From positions 135,656,001 to 135,720,000 of the forward strand of contig CM059432.1 of NCBI GenBank assembly GCA_030390025.1: DNA of 64,000 bases, given 5' to 3'. The position numbers and the translations under genes were made by a program. The first letter of the stretch is position 1. Every line of letters starts with the position of its first letter. Below, piece after piece: positions 61,636-64,000 of this stretch. The notes below the pieces were generated by a model, which saw only the letters and a program-made list of their open reading frames with translations, did not search any database and was not told where the DNA came from. The stretch comes from Squalus acanthias. Lineage: Eukaryota.

Positions 61636-63417
61636 ACACAATTGGGCGACAAAAATTCAGAAACCCTTTAAAAACGCTGAAAAAGTATTTGTCAGGGGTG
61701 AAGGGACAGAGGACTAAGAAGAGAGGTAAAAGTGAAGAGGAAGAAAACCCAAGTTGTAAGTAAGTGACAGTCCAACTGAGTGCCCAGCCTCCTGTTTGAT
61801 GGCTGCTGAAATGGAGGTGGTGCTGCTTGAGGAAGGTGCAAAGGTGATGGTTCTCCGTACCCCTCCACAGCACCTTCCCCATTGGTCAGCATTTCCGTTT
61901 TTCTGCAAGGAGATGCAACCAAGTTTCGAGCAATAGCTGGGCCACTACTGTCCCTTGCATGTGCTGAGCATATGCTGCATGGTTTGTACAGGTACCCGTG
62001 CAGCAGATGGCACAGCACTGGATCTACCCTGTGGTCAATGCCAGGTAGATGACATCTTGGTGGGCACAGCCAATCAAACTACATTGGCTCTTGATCACCT
62101 TGGCATGCCTTCTCATACCAGGGTGATCAAGACTAAGTGCCATTGAAACATGACTTACAATGATTTGGGGGCTTCTAAGGAATCATCCAACATTATGTTT
62201 AGTCAGGCTTGTTAGTGGTGTCATCAGGCCAGCTTCTAAAGTGAAGTATGGTCACCTCTGTCTAGAGATGTGGCTTTTTGGGTACCAGCAGGTGGGCACA
62301 GAGTATGTCCTGTGCAGCTTGACTTGCCTGGCACCCATGCATAGATCCTCCTCTTCTTCCAAACAGGTCAGATTCCCATTACAAAACCCAATGTTGCCAA
62401 CAGTGGAATTGGGGGCAAAAAATAATTTCCAACAATTGGCACGTGCTGAACCATAAAGTGCCAGTAGAAACAACAAACAAACAACTGTAGAACAGTTAAG
62501 ATATGGCTGAAATAAGACCATCAGTATAAGACCAGGCGTACCTCCCTGACACCAAGCAAAAGTGGAGCCCACCAAAATGCCCAAGCTGACATTGGGACCT
62601 GGATCCTGGAAGATCAGGGGAGAACGTTATTTTATTTTACAAGCAACCCCCGATACAGAGGACCAGTGGGGGCTGCCTTTTACCCTGGGTGTGGCGTGGG
62701 CAGGCTGGGTAACTTTGACCAGCACTTCCGGCCTCCTCAGCATGGAGATGCCGCAGATGCACTCTCAACCTGCGGAAGCCCTGCTTCTTATACCAGGGCA
62801 CTTCCCCGTTACCCTGTGAACTTTGGCAGGGTCAACGGGCGCATGTTGGCACTTAGGCAGTGATGTGGCCCTCCCTACGGATTTTCAGGGCCCTAATTTT
62901 CACCCTCTCTTTAACACATTTTTTACCTAAATATTTGAATATTTTTATCCAATAGTTGCTGTCAGCGATGGAATAAGAAATAAAGTTATAGGTAGAGGGA
63001 TTTTCCTGGCATCCCAATGCTAATGGAAAAATCCAAGCCCCCAATTATTGGTGCTTTCATCAGAGCATCAGGGCTCTGGAATTAACATTAGGCTTGTGAC
63101 TTGACATAAGTAAAACTACAATACATTTTCCAATTCGGTATTAGTGGAGTACAGAAGGAAAATCTGCTCTTTCCATTTTATTCTTATACAGCTGGCCATA
63201 ACGGCAGTCAGTGTTGTTTTCATCCATGAAAATAAGGACAAAATAATCATTTGCAAAAACTGTTGAACTTTCCTCATGGTAGATGAAAATTAGAACTAAA
63301 TTTCTTCTAAAGACTAAAAGGATATATTTTACAGATATTAATGGGTGGATAATCCTGCGGGGTCTTGGACTTGCCCCTCTAAATTCCTGACATACGCTCC
63401 TCGCAGTTGAAACTCCT

Positions 63418-63508
63418 TACTGGAGTGTCAGCCTAGATTTCTGTGCTCAAGTCTCTTGGAGTGGGACTTGAACCCACAACCTTCTTGACTCAGAGGCAAG
63501 AGTGCGAC
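63418..63508 (-). mobile_element. Deu-domain SINE head fragment
   Basis: GTGTCAGCCTAGATTTCTGTGCTCAAGTCTC...GGGACTTGAACCCACAACCTTC. Confidence 0.75.
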
Positions 63509-64000
63509 CGAAGAGTAGTGGGAGTTCTATTTGACGTGAGAGGTGGTAGTGAGAGCAGGAATTCTGACAGAGGAAGAAGGCCTAAAACTGGAGCCATCAA
63601 AATAAGAGATCAGGCTGCTGGTTATACTTGTGACAGAATGAAGAAGGTTGCGTCTCTAAAGAACTGAAAAATGTATATTTTGTAAATGGACCGAAGAGTA
63701 ACACTGTTGGCATCTGTGGAAATATCTGGAGCCTCTTGACTGATGTAGATAGCGTGACTGCAGGGAGCTAACACTGAGGGCAGTGAAGGGGCTGGAAAAA
63801 AAATTCATTGGGGCGTACCGTAATAGTTTATCGACACCTGGAACCTTTCCTACAATTCGGGTAAAGAAAAACATCTTTGTGCCTCAACTACATTTATTGA
63901 AACTTCCAACATTTATGCCATGTATAAACACAGCATACACACATAAAAAGGTGCATTCGTCTGCCTTTCCGTTTGTAATTAACAGAAACTTGTCTGAAAT

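Noticed and set aside
61955-62146. QVDDILV as a retroviral RT YxDD motif
   Set aside because: No Tyr/Phe before xDD, no upstream PQG motif, and no LTRs.
1-64000. CRISPR arrays, operons or prokaryotic defence systems
   Set aside because: The DNA is vertebrate. No regularly spaced direct repeats or gene-dense segments are present, and the recurring sequences are dispersed SINE/LINE copies.

Overview
Eukaryotic, vertebrate genomic DNA, very probably from a cartilaginous fish (shark). The repeat content supports this: an HE1/V-SINE, many Deu-domain SacSINE1-like SINEs, CR1 and L2 LINEs, and Penelope-type pLTR fragments. The only host coding sequence I can support is the 76-nt first coding exon of a spalt-like gene on the minus strand (37319-37244, MSRRKQAKPQHLKSDEE..., best match SALL3), with its CCAAT/TGACAG promoter. 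It sits in a ~21 kb island free of recognisable transposons (~25.0-46.2 kb), flanked by repeat-dense DNA. The large zinc-finger exon 2 is absent from the 37 kb downstream, so intron 1 runs off the window. Almost all other ORFs in the track are retroelement fragments or spurious. I found no clearly new multi-gene system. The best leads are a TSD-flanked Penelope-derived palindrome carrying two damaged hammerhead ribozyme cores, a decayed invertebrate-looking CR1/Zenon-type LINE (horizontal transfer candidate), the SALL gene architecture, and several nested or microhomology-guided insertions. Repeat boundaries were read by eye and are approximate unless a TIR or TSD is quoted. Family assignments rest on recalled consensus sequences, not on database searches.
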